A stretch of 25,505 bases of DNA. Source: Leidyana gryllorum EB-2025a (lineage: Eukaryota; Protista; Apicomplexa). The stretch lies in NCBI GenBank assembly GCA_048772705.1, contig JBLWGC010000142.1, positions 1-25,505 on the forward strand. The letters are read 5' to 3'. Below the pieces are notes generated by a model. That model was not told the DNA's origin, did no database searches, and was given only the letters and a program-made list of their open reading frames with translations. The position numbers and the translations under genes were made by a program. This document shows, one piece after another, positions 8,431 through 16,614 of the stretch; positions within the stretch are counted from its first letter, which is position 1; each line of letters starts with the position of its first letter.

Positions 8431-8503
8431 GGGTGACTAGCTCAAATGGTAGAGCGCTCGCTTAGCATGCGAGAAGTACTAGGATCGATGCCCAGGTTGT
8501 CCA
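8431..8503 (+). tRNA. trnA: tRNA-Ala(AGC) variant
   Basis: Ala body with about 4 substitutions. Confidence 0.8.
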
Positions 8504-8620
8504 AAGTAGGTACCGCAGCACGTGGCCGGAGCCAAACCCAACCTTACATTTTTGCACGGTCGCAGACCACAAGTGCCATTGCGAGAGCAGCGCAGTCAGT
8601 GTTAAGGGTGCCTTTGAAAC

Positions 8621-8693
8621 CGGTCTTGGCAGGTTTCGAACCTGCGACTTTGTGGTTAACAGCCACACGCTCTGCCGACTGAGCTACAAGACC
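8621..8693 (-). tRNA. trnN: tRNA-Asn(GTT)
   Basis: TGTGG-CTGTTAA-CCACA, G73. Confidence 0.93.
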
Positions 8694-8810
8694 CAGCTAC
8701 AATATTTCAGAGGTTAGTATAGAGACCCTCCTCTTTCTACCGCACGATTCTGCAACCCACTGTGGTCAGAAATGTTGGTCTAACATCTTCCAGCGTTTCA
8801 GCTCAACTTC

Positions 8811-8873
8811 AGGGCACGCGCGAAGTTGAATCACGGACTTGCTGATCTGCAGTCAACTGCTCTACCACTGAGT
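8811..8873 (-). pseudogene. tRNA-Cys(GCA), 5'-truncated
   Basis: Part of an inverted copy (8738-8874) of 7095-7231. Confidence 0.72.
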
Positions 8874-8918
8874 TTCAGCGGGAACCAAAGGGAAGAATCT
8901 TAAGCGAAATCAACTGTG

Positions 8919-8989
8919 CTCCAAGACCGGGAATCGACCCCGGGTCTTCCGCGTGACAGGCGTGATACTGACCACTATACTATCTCGGA
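8919..8989 (-). pseudogene. tRNA-Asp(GTC), degenerate
   Basis: Anticodon stem and T-loop lesions. Confidence 0.72.
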
Positions 8990-9119
8990 CGCTAGTAAAC
9001 ACGCAGGCCTCCAACCCCAGAAGTCCTCGCCTTTTGAGCGGGCAGTGGCCCCACATACGGCCGCGATAGGTGCTCGTCTTCACCGCCTTCCGTGACTACC
9101 TACCGCCTCGGTAGCTCCG

Positions 9120-9189
9120 TTGGGAGCTGAGAATCGATCCCAGAACCTTTCGTATACTAAGCACCGTTTCATCATCTGGGCTAGCCTCC
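9120..9189 (-). pseudogene. tRNA-Ala remnant
   Basis: ATCGATCCCAG T-arm at the Ala position of the Ala-Pro module. Confidence 0.5.
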
Positions 9190-9278
9190 TGCTGTGCAGA
9201 CCCCATCGCATTTAGTGGTACTTCACATAGTATGACCACTCCCTCGAGTGTACCCAGCGGGTTGCACGACCGACAGGC

Positions 9279-9350
9279 GGCTGTTTGGTCTAGTGGTATG
9301 ATCCTTTCTTAGGGTGGAAGGAGTCCTGGGTTCGATTCCCAGAACAGCCC
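9279..9350 (+). tRNA. trnP: tRNA-Pro(AGG)
   Basis: TTAGGGT loop, full cloverleaf. Confidence 0.86.
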
Positions 9351-9486
9351 TCTTGGTTGTCGGTTGACCCGATGAGATAAGCAGTTTTTAGAACCAACGC
9401 AGCCAGCTCGTTGGCAGACTTCGGCACTCAAGGCAATTAACATCTCAAGAATCGCATTTCGGCTCCCTCTTCCATGTTGAAGACTA

Positions 9487-9558
9487 AGCAGTGTAGCTCA
9501 GTGGAAGAGTGTTGGGCTCATAACCCAAAGGTCCGTCGATCGAAACGACGCACTGCTA
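9487..9558 (+). tRNA. trnM: Initiator tRNA-Met(CAT)
   Basis: A1:U72, GGG/CCC anticodon stem, T-loop ATCGAAA (A54, A60). Confidence 0.94.
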
Positions 9559-9607
9559 AGTGTGCGCACGAGGGAAACAGCTATAGAATTGATTGGGTCG
9601 TGACCAA

Positions 9608-9679
9608 AGCCTTCTGCCGGAATCGAACCGGCGACCTTTCGCTTACTAAGCGAATGCTCTGCCCCTAAGCTAAGAAGGC
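9608..9679 (-). tRNA. trnT: tRNA-Thr(AGT)
   Basis: TTCGC-TTAGTAA-GCGAA. Confidence 0.93.
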
Positions 9680-9755
9680 AATGCAAGCCCAAGAGCACGA
9701 GTCAGTCACTATTGACGGAGGTTACTGGAGCACTTTGCTCGAATGGTCCAATGAC

Positions 9756-9823
9756 TTCCCGGGACTTGAACCCGGATCGTGCGGGTGAAAGCCGCATATC
9801 CTAGCCACTTAGACTACAGCGGG
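9756..9823 (-). pseudogene. tRNA-Glu(TTC), acceptor stem partly deleted
   Basis: 5-nt deletion in the 3' acceptor strand. Confidence 0.72.
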
Positions 9824-9987
9824 CGAGTGGTTAAGTGGGGGCTTCGGCCGAGAGCCGTACCGTCTTGGAAAATATGGAATGTCGGCGTGATCAAGTGAGT
9901 GGATTTCTGATACAGATTCGGACATAGTATCCATTTGTATTGATCGTGGAATCTTGGGCCTTTCCCAGGCACAGGGCGAGCTTCCTT

Positions 9988-10061
9988 GCCGCCCCAACTC
10001 CGTCGGTGGCGCGCAACACGTTTGATGGGAGAACCGCGGGTTCGTGCCGGCGCGAGCAGTG
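9988..10061 (+). pseudogene. tRNA-Lys-derived element
   Basis: GCCGCCC start and GCGGGTTCG; recurrent family upstream of Ser. Confidence 0.6.
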
Positions 10062-10109
10062 CTGAACCGTATGTGAAGCCACTGGCTGCAAAATGCCAAG
10101 CTCGACAGC

Positions 10110-10191
10110 AGCAACTTGCCCGAGTGGTTAAGGGGGTAGACTAGAAATCTACTGGGCCCGGCCCGCGCTGGTTCAAATCCAGCAGTTGTCG
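10110..10191 (+). tRNA. trnS: tRNA-Ser(AGA), G1A variant
   Basis: GTAGA-CTAGAAA-TCTAC with long variable arm. Confidence 0.85.
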
Positions 10192-10257
10192 TGCGATGTG
10201 ATCGGAGGGTCAAACACCAACTCACGCATAAAACTCAACCATGTGCTATCTCCTCTG

Positions 10258-10328
10258 TGCATCTGCCGGGAATCGAACCCGGGTCGTCTCGATGGCAACG
10301 AGACATTCTACCACTAGACCACAGATGC
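10258..10328 (-). tRNA. trnG: tRNA-Gly(GCC)
   Basis: Full cloverleaf, TCTCG-TTGCCAT-CGAGA. Confidence 0.93.
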
Positions 10329-10408
10329 GTAACACCTTGTTGTTGAAGCTCGTACACGGTAACGGCCGTTTTCTGAACGAATGGAATGTCCGTGGCGTGT
10401 TCAGAGCG

Positions 10409-10448
10409 TCCGAGATAGCATAGTGGTTACTATTTTCGCATGTTAGCG
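10409..10448 (+). pseudogene. tRNA-Asp 5' fragment
   Basis: TCCGAGATAGCATAGTGGTT then truncation. Confidence 0.6.
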
Positions 10449-10496
10449 ACGTTCAGCGAGAACCAAAGGAGAGAATCTTCAGCGAAGCCATCTGTG

Positions 10497-10568
10497 CTCC
10501 GAGACCGGCAATCGAACCAGGGTATGCCGCGTGACAGGCGGAAATACTGACCACTATACTATCTCGGA
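10497..10568 (-). pseudogene. tRNA-Asp(GTC), degenerate
   Basis: Asp body with T-stem and variable-loop changes. Confidence 0.72.
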
Positions 10569-10663
10569 CGCTAGTAAACTCGCCGGCCTCCAACCCCAGA
10601 AGTCCTCGCATTTTGAGATTTCACCGACAGGAAATGGGTGGAACGGCGAGCCAAGAACACTCC

Positions 10664-10719
10664 GGCAAGATGGCCGAGTTGCCCAAGACGTGGTGCTCAG
10701 ACTGGAGTCCGAAAGGGCG
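10664..10719 (+). pseudogene. tRNA-Leu 5' remnant
   Basis: GGCAAGATGGCCGAGT start; paralog of 22168-22222. Confidence 0.6.
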
Positions 10720-10764
10720 AGGATCTGGGGGTTAAGCCTTTCGAACCCCGGAGCAGTTGGACAG

Positions 10765-10832
10765 CCGGGGAAAGCTCAGTTGACTGTAGTGCTGGCATCA
10801 GATAGTCGGCGGTTCGGTTCCGTCACACCGAA
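10765..10832 (+). pseudogene. tRNA-Tyr(GTA) pseudogene retaining the 7-nt intron
   Basis: Copy of 22044-22123 with a 12-nt D-arm deletion. Confidence 0.75.
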
Positions 10833-10900
10833 TGGTTTTGGCAGACAGCGATGATAGGCCAACTAGACTACTCCGGCGAGGGTTCCATCTATGTAGTTCG

Positions 10901-11500
10901 TGTTGTAACCCCAAGTCGCTACTCAAGGGGAACGAGGCCCAGTTCTCATCTCTGCATACTTTCGACCACAAGTCAGACTTAGAACCAAGTTAGTATTTTT
11001 GCCGACAAGTCTACCACGAATATGTCGCACACGACGGCGCAAAACAAGAACTACGACTTGTTGTACCAAGTGCAAAAGTTATCTTAGGCCGCCTCTTGCC
11101 TAGTCCAACTCTGACTTAGCCAACTTGCTTGCGTGTGTCTCTCGCTCTGGTGTCTCTCTCACTCCACCCATGTGCCAGTCGCTCGCACTCTTGCGGAGCC
11201 TCGCGCTGGACACACACGGTAGTTCTCCCCGACACCACACTCTGATCATTCATGTGAGTGTCTGCACAGTTACACTGTTGCAGAGAGCTCAGACCACTAG
11301 GGTGCATTTGCCTTTACGCTTTAGTAGTGGTTGCTTTACGTTCGTTAATAATGCCTTTTCACCATCTTATACATGCCCATATATAAGTGCCAAATATGTA
11401 GGGAAGTATCCAGATGGATGTTAATTCGATTGGAAATTTCACCAAGTCGAATCTGGCCACCCGATAGGAAGTTGACCATCAGGCAACACGAACTACAACA
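10901..11500. mobile_element. Solo LTR of an LTR retrotransposon (600 bp, copia-like TGTTG...CAACA termini)
   Basis: TGTTGTA/TACAACA terminal inverted repeat; 5-bp TSD GTTCG at 10896-10900 and 11501-11505; empty paralogous site at 21948-21952; TATATAAG at 11380. Confidence 0.85.
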
Positions 11501-11503
11501 GTT

Positions 11504-11576
11504 CGGACGACCTGGGCATTGATCCCAGTACCTCTTGCACGCTAAGCGAGCGCTTCACCATTTGAGCTAGTCCCCC
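11504..11576 (-). pseudogene. tRNA-Ala(AGC), degenerate
   Basis: Ala body with multiple lesions shared with 13887. Confidence 0.72.
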
Positions 11577-11664
11577 GCTGTGCAGACCCCATCGCATTTA
11601 GTGGTACTTCACATAGTATGACCACTCTCTGGAGTGTACCCAGCGGGTTGCACGACCGACAGGC

Positions 11665-11736
11665 GGCTGGTTGGTCTAGTGGTATGATTCTTCCTTAGGG
11701 TGGAAGGAGTCCTGGGTTCGATTCCCAGAACAGCCC
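11665..11736 (+). tRNA. trnP: tRNA-Pro(AGG) variant
   Basis: One acceptor mismatch. Confidence 0.84.
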
Positions 11737-11840
11737 TCTGGGTTGTCGGTTGACCCGATGGGATAGCCACCGCGTCGACACTCAAGGCAATTAACATCTC
11801 AAGAATTGCATTTCGGCTACCTCTTCCATGTTGCAGACTA

Positions 11841-11912
11841 AGCAGTGCAGCTCAGCGGAAGAGTGTTAGGCTCACAACCCAAAGGTCAGTCGATCGAAAC
11901 GACTCACTGCTA
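11841..11912 (+). pseudogene. Initiator tRNA-Met body with CAC anticodon
   Basis: CTCACAA loop; U8C and a stem mismatch. Confidence 0.72.
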
Positions 11913-11960
11913 AGTGTGCGCAAAAGGGAAACAGTCTAGAATAGATCGGCTCGTCACCAA

Positions 11961-12032
11961 AGCCTTCTGCCGGAATCGAACCGGCGACCTTTCGCTTACT
12001 AAGCGAATGCTCTGCCCCTAAGCTAAGAAGGC
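11961..12032 (-). tRNA. trnT: tRNA-Thr(AGT)
   Basis: Identical to 9608. Confidence 0.93.
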
Positions 12033-12159
12033 AATGTTAACTGGACATCACGAATGAGTCCCTATTGACGGAAGTTACTGAAGCACATTGTGCACCACTC
12101 AATACTTCCACTGCTCCACATACCGGCAAATAGGGTGTAACTAAGTTTAGAGCTTCCTT

Positions 12160-12232
12160 GCCGCCCTAGCTCAGTCGGTAGAGCGCAAGACTTTTAATCT
12201 TGCAGTCGCGGGTTCGAGCCCCGCGGGCGGTG
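12160..12232 (+). tRNA. trnK: tRNA-Lys(TTT)
   Basis: Same body as 7979, CTTTTAA loop. Confidence 0.93.
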
Positions 12233-12292
12233 CAAATCAATGTCTCTGGGAGTAGGAATGGAACCGTTGCCTACAAGCACACTCTGCTGGAT

Positions 12293-12365
12293 TTCCACTG
12301 CCGGGACTTGAACCCGGATCGTGCGGGTGAAAGCCGCATATCCTAGCCACTTAGACTACAGTGGA
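12293..12365 (-). tRNA. trnE: tRNA-Glu(TTC)
   Basis: Same body as 8112, CTTTCAC loop. Confidence 0.93.
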
Positions 12366-12462
12366 CAAGTGCTCGAGTTTAGGCTTCGGCCGAGAGCCGA
12401 ACCGTCTCGGAAAGATTCCACCATCAATACGACTGGAATTTGTTACCAAGTCCGAGCTTCTT

Positions 12463-12535
12463 GCCGCCCCAACTCCGTCGGTAAACCGCAAGACTTTTGA
12501 AGGGAGAACCGCGGGTTCGGGCGGCGCGAGCAGTC
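12463..12535 (+). pseudogene. tRNA-Lys(TTT)-derived element
   Basis: GCAAGACTTTT retained; 3' anticodon stem replaced. Confidence 0.65.
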
Positions 12536-12597
12536 CTAGTAAAGCTTGTCGAACCGTATGTGACGGCACTGGCCGCAAAATGCCGAGTTGGACAGGT

Positions 12598-12679
12598 GGC
12601 AACTTGCCCGAGTGGTTAAGGGGGTAGACTAGAAATCTACTGGGCCTGGCCCGCGCTGGTTCAAATCCAGCAGTTGTCG
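12598..12679 (+). tRNA. trnS: tRNA-Ser(AGA)
   Basis: Full 82-nt cloverleaf. Confidence 0.93.
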
Positions 12680-12753
12680 TGCGATGTGGTTGGAGGGTTA
12701 AACACCAACTCACGCATGAATTTTGAATGGTGGAAAAGCAACCATGTGTCCTC

Positions 12754-12824
12754 TGCATCTGCCGGGAATCGAACCCGGGTCGTCTCGATGGCAACGAGAC
12801 ATTCTACCACTAGACCACAGATGC
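12754..12824 (-). tRNA. trnG: tRNA-Gly(GCC)
   Basis: Identical to 10258. Confidence 0.93.
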
Positions 12825-12899
12825 GTGACACCTTGTTGTTGAAGCTCGTACACGGTAACGGCCGTTTTCTGAACGAATGTCCGTGGCGTGTTCAGAGCG

Positions 12900-12939
12900 T
12901 CCGAGATAGCATAGTGGTTACTATTTTCGCATGTCACGC
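12900..12939 (+). pseudogene. tRNA-Asp 5' fragment
   Basis: Same as 10409 fragment. Confidence 0.6.
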
Positions 12940-12992
12940 CTAAGAAGCAGGCCCGATTGCCGGTAAATGAGTCTGGAACGGGGGATGGTTTT

Positions 12993-13064
12993 GGGCCTAT
13001 GGCGCAACGGTAGCGCGTCTGACTCCAGATCAGAAGGTTGGGTGTTCGAATCACTCTGGGCTCA
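12993..13064 (+). tRNA. trnW: tRNA-Trp(CCA)
   Basis: TCTGA-CTCCAGA-TCAGA; T-run about 13 nt downstream. Confidence 0.93.
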
Positions 13065-13100
13065 ACCGGACTCTATGTTTTTCCCGTTTGGGACGCAACC

Positions 13101-13180
13101 TGACAAAAGTGGGATTCGAATCCACGACCTTTCGGACTCCGGTCTGAGCACAGCGCCTCAGACCACCCGGTCATCTTGCC
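13101..13180 (-). pseudogene. tRNA-Leu(CAG), degenerate
   Basis: Many substitutions vs 5872. Confidence 0.72.
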
Positions 13181-13274
13181 GAAATGTTGTTGGCTCGCCG
13201 CTCCACGCGTTTTCTATCCCTGGAATCTCAAGATGGAAGGACTTTTGGGGTTTCAGGCCGGTGTGTTCGGAGCG

Positions 13275-13346
13275 TCCGAGATAGTATAGTGATTAGTATT
13301 TCCGCCTGTCACGCGGAAGACCCGGGTTCGATTCCCGGTCTCGGAG
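13275..13346 (+). tRNA. trnD: tRNA-Asp(GTC)
   Basis: Full cloverleaf; D-loop GG changed to GA. Confidence 0.86.
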
Positions 13347-13401
13347 CACAGTTGATCTCGCTTAAGATTGTCTTTTTTGGTGCCCGCTGAAAGTTGCGAG
13401 C

Positions 13402-13474
13402 TACAGCCACCGAGGATCGAACTCGGGACCTTCTGCGTGCTAACCAGACGTCGTGACCACTAGACCATGGCTGC
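13402..13474 (-). tRNA. tRNA-Val body with AGC (Ala) anticodon, likely pseudogene
   Basis: TCTGG-TTAGCAC-GCAGA with a G31:G39 mismatch. Confidence 0.7.
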
Positions 13475-13537
13475 ACGGACGGTCCCGCAGATCAAGAGGA
13501 GTGGTGAGGTTTCACAAAGCAGTGAGAATTAGTTGTG

Positions 13538-13609
13538 AGGTCGCGCCGGGAATCGAACCCAGATCGGGAGATTCAGAGTCTCCAGTGCTAAGCACTACAC
13601 CACGCAGCC
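13538..13609 (-). tRNA. trnQ: tRNA-Gln(CTG) variant
   Basis: Three substitutions vs 553. Confidence 0.76.
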
Positions 13610-13886
13610 CATTCACTCCTTCACAAAAAGAGGTGGTAGAGCATCCGGACTAGCCCTCAACCGGACACATGCAACACGCGTATCTCTACTAACCTCTGAG
13701 ATATTGGAACTGGCTCTTGTACCTTAGTCGGCAGAGCGTGTGGTTGTAAAATACAAACTCGCAGATCCGGTCTCTGAGGCAACCTTCACACATACTGCGG
13801 TGCCCAAGTCCATCTAAGGGCTACAGGGCACCCTCAAAGCTCTCAACTCTGTAGTCAAATAGCGCCAGTTGCAGCACTACAAACTT

Positions 13887-13959
13887 TGGACGACCTGGGC
13901 ATTGATCCCAGTACCTCTTGCACGCTAAGCGAGCGCTTCACCATTTGAGCTAGTCCCCC
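13887..13959 (-). pseudogene. tRNA-Ala(AGC), degenerate
   Basis: Same lesions as 11504. Confidence 0.72.
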
Positions 13960-14047
13960 GCTGTGCAGACCCCATCGCATTTAGTGGTACTTCACATAGT
14001 ATGACCACTCTCTCGAGTGTACCCAGCGGGTTGCACGACCGACAGGC

Positions 14048-14119
14048 GGCTGTTTGGTCTAGTGGTATGATCCTTCCTTAGGGTGGAAGGAGTCCTGGGT
14101 TCGATTCCCAGAACAGCCC
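14048..14119 (+). tRNA. trnP: tRNA-Pro(AGG)
   Basis: Full cloverleaf. Confidence 0.9.
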
Positions 14120-14244
14120 TCTGGGTTGTCGGTTGACCCGATGGGATAAGCAGTTTTAGAAGTAACACAGCCACCGCGTCGACACTCAAGGCAATTAACA
14201 TCTCAAGAATTGCATTTCGGCTACCTCTTCCAGGTTGAAGACTA

Positions 14245-14308
14245 AGCAGTGCAGCTCAGCGGAAGAGTGTTGGGCCAAAGGTCAGTCGATCGAAACGACT
14301 CACTGCTA
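14245..14308 (+). pseudogene. Initiator tRNA-Met with the anticodon loop deleted
   Basis: TTGGGCCAAAG: 8 nt missing. Confidence 0.75.
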
Positions 14309-14356
14309 AGTGTGCGCAAAAGGGAAACAGTCTAGAATAGATCGGCTCGTGACCAA

Positions 14357-14428
14357 AGCCTTCTGCCGGAATCGAACCGGCGACCTTTCGCTTACTAAGC
14401 GAATGCTCTGCCCCTAAGCTAAGAAGGC
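14357..14428 (-). tRNA. trnT: tRNA-Thr(AGT)
   Basis: Identical to 9608. Confidence 0.93.
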
Positions 14429-14504
14429 AATGCAAGCCGAAGATCACGAAACAGTCTCTATTGACGGAGATTACTGGACCACTTTGCTCGAGTAGAACAA
14501 GGAC

Positions 14505-14577
14505 TTCCACTGCCGGGACTTGAACCCGGATCGTGCGAGTGAGAGCCGCTTGTCCTAGCCACTTAGACTACAGTGGG
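14505..14577 (-). tRNA. trnE: tRNA-Glu(CTC), degenerate
   Basis: About 4 substitutions including the anticodon stem. Confidence 0.7.
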
Positions 14578-14711
14578 CAAGTTCCCCAACTGAGGTTTCG
14601 GATGAGAACCGTACCCTCTTAACAAGACGTGGTCCGTCGGGTCAACCTACAACAAAAGGGTTGCAGTAGAAAGTGGAGGGTCTCTCCACTAAGCTCAAAA
14701 ACATTGTAAGG

Positions 14712-14784
14712 GGTCTTGTAGCTCAGTCGGCAGAGCGTGTGGCTGTTAACCACAAAGTCGCAGGTTCGAAACCTGCCAGGACCG
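14712..14784 (+). tRNA. trnN: tRNA-Asn(GTT)
   Basis: Full cloverleaf. Confidence 0.93.
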
Positions 14785-14902
14785 GTTTCAGAGGCACACT
14801 AAACACTGACTGCGCTGCTCTCCTAATGGCACTTGTGGTCTGCGACCCTTCAAAGATGACAACGATGGGTTTGAATCCGGCCACGTGCAGCCGTACGTAC
14901 TT

Positions 14903-14975
14903 TGGACGACCTGGGCATCGATCCCAGTACCTCTCGCATGCTAAGCGAGCGCTCTACCATTTGAGCTAGTCGCCC
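14903..14975 (-). tRNA. trnA: tRNA-Ala(AGC)
   Basis: Full cloverleaf with G3:U70. Confidence 0.94.
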
Positions 14976-15063
14976 GTTGTGCGGACCCCATCGCATTTGT
15001 TGGTTCTCAACATAGGATGACCACTTTTTGGACTGTCTTCAGCGGGTTGCACGAATGACAGGC

Positions 15064-15135
15064 GGCTGTTTGGTCTAGTGGTATGATTCTTCCGTCGGGT
15101 GGAAGAAGTGCTGGGTTCCATTCCCAAACCAGCCC
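15064..15135 (+). pseudogene. tRNA-Pro(CGG), degenerate
   Basis: T-loop TTCCATT and stem mismatches. Confidence 0.72.
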
Positions 15136-15211
15136 GCTTTGTTGTATCTTGACCCAACCTGCCTGGCAGCATGGTTCTGGGTTCGGGTGATTCCTCGGAG
15201 AGAGTCGGAGG

Positions 15212-15283
15212 GGGAGTGTAGCGCAGTCGGTAGCGCGTAGGTCTCATAATCCTGCATCGAGAGTTCGATCCTCTCCACTCCCA
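15212..15283 (+). tRNA. trnM: tRNA-Met(CAT), variable-loop variant
   Basis: 1-nt deletion in the variable loop. Confidence 0.82.
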
Positions 15284-15327
15284 CGGTCGGAATCGAAACC
15301 GCCGACAAACTCATCATGCTACCATTT

Positions 15328-15395
15328 TGCAGTCGGGAATCGCACACAGGTCATCTCCATTGCAGCGAGCGACTCTTCCACTAGACCACAGATGC
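15328..15395 (-). pseudogene. tRNA-Gly pseudogene
   Basis: Same decayed family as 5558. Confidence 0.65.
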
Positions 15396-15461
15396 AGAAC
15401 ACGATCTTGTGAATCTTGTAGGTGGTGACAGCCATTCCTCTTAAGCCTATCGATGCAACAA

Positions 15462-15533
15462 AGCCTTCTGCCGGAATCGAACCGGCGACTTCTCGCTTAC
15501 GAAGCGAACGCTCTGCCCCTAAGCTAAGAAGGC
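15462..15533 (-). tRNA. trnT: tRNA-Thr(CGT)
   Basis: Full cloverleaf, TTCGTAA loop. Confidence 0.92.
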
Positions 15534-15599
15534 AACTTAGCTGGAGAATCATGTGTCAGTTGTATCGACGAATACCGGCAGGTGCCGTCGTACGAAGTT

Positions 15600-15672
15600 T
15601 GGACGACCTGGGCATCGATCCCAGTACCTCTCGCATGCTAAGCGAGCGCTCTACCATTTGAGCTAGTCGCCC
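15600..15672 (-). tRNA. trnA: tRNA-Ala(AGC)
   Basis: Identical to 14903. Confidence 0.94.
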
Positions 15673-15760
15673 GCTGTGCAGACCGCATCGCATTTCTTGG
15701 TTCTCGACATAGTATGACCACTCTCTCGACTGCACCCAACGGATTGCACCACCGACATGC

Positions 15761-15832
15761 GGCTGTTTGGTCTAGTGGTATGATTCTTCCTTCGGGTGGA
15801 AGAAGTCCTGGGTTCGATTCCCAGAACAGCCC
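15761..15832 (+). tRNA. trnP: tRNA-Pro(CGG)
   Basis: Identical to 8272. Confidence 0.93.
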
Positions 15833-15900
15833 GCTTTGTTGTATCTTGACCCAACCTGCATGGTTCTGGGTTCGGGTGATTCCTCGGAGAAAGTCGGAGG

Positions 15901-15973
15901 GGGAGTGTAGCGCAGTCGGTAGCGCGTAGGTCTCATAATCCTGAAGTCGAGAGTTCGATCCTCTCCACTCCCA
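15901..15973 (+). tRNA. trnM: tRNA-Met(CAT) elongator
   Basis: Full cloverleaf. Confidence 0.93.
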
Positions 15974-16017
15974 CGGTCGGAATCGAAACCGCCGACAAAC
16001 TCATCATGCCATCGTTT

Positions 16018-16088
16018 TTCATCTGCCGGGAATCGCACACAGGTTATCTCGATGGCAGCGAGCGACTCTTCCACTAGACCACAGATGC
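16018..16088 (-). pseudogene. tRNA-Gly(GCC) pseudogene
   Basis: Same decayed family as 5558. Confidence 0.68.
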
Positions 16089-16153
16089 AGAACACGATCT
16101 TGTGAATCTTGCGCGTGGTGACAGCCATTCCTCTTAAGCTATCGATGCATCAA

Positions 16154-16225
16154 AGCCTTCTGCCGGAATCGAACCAGCGACTTCTCGCTGACGAAGCGAA
16201 CGCTCCGCCCCTAAGCTGAGAAGGC
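16154..16225 (-). tRNA. trnT: tRNA-Thr(CGT), degenerate
   Basis: U8C, A37C and other changes. Confidence 0.7.
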
Positions 16226-16300
16226 AATGTAACCCGGGTATGACGAAAAAGCGCTATCGACGGAGATTAGTGGAGCACTTTGCTCGAGTAGTTAAATGAC

Positions 16301-16373
16301 TTCCACTGCCGGGACTTGAACCCGGATCGTGCGGGTGAAAGCCGCATATCCTAGCCACTTAGACTACAGTGGA
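16301..16373 (-). tRNA. trnE: tRNA-Glu(TTC)
   Basis: Full cloverleaf. Confidence 0.93.
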
Positions 16374-16454
16374 CAACTCCCTCAGCTGCAGCTTTAGCCG
16401 AGAGCCGTACCCTCTTGATCTGAGGTGGAGCGTCGGGTCAACCGACAACCAACG

Positions 16455-16526
16455 GGGCTGTTCTGGGAATCGAACCCAGGACTTCTTCCACCCGAAGGAA
16501 GAATCATACCACTAGACCAAACAGCC
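16455..16526 (-). tRNA. trnP: tRNA-Pro(CGG)
   Basis: Identical to 8272. Confidence 0.93.
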
Positions 16527-16614
16527 GACTGGTCGGTGGTGCAAATTGCTGGTAGAGTCGGGACACTGGTCATAATATGTCAAGAACCACTAAATGCTAT
16601 GGTGTCTGCAAAGC

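Larger units (their letters stand above)
14903..16225. repeat. Two tandem copies (period about 690-700 bp) of the Ala-Pro-Met-Gly(psi)-Thr module
   Basis: Same gene order and spacers at 14903-15533 and 15600-16225. Confidence 0.88.

Noticed and set aside
11116-11424. ORFs inside the 600-bp insert as transposase or gag
   Set aside because: They are short, derived from low-complexity sequence and lack motifs. The insert is better explained as a non-coding solo LTR.
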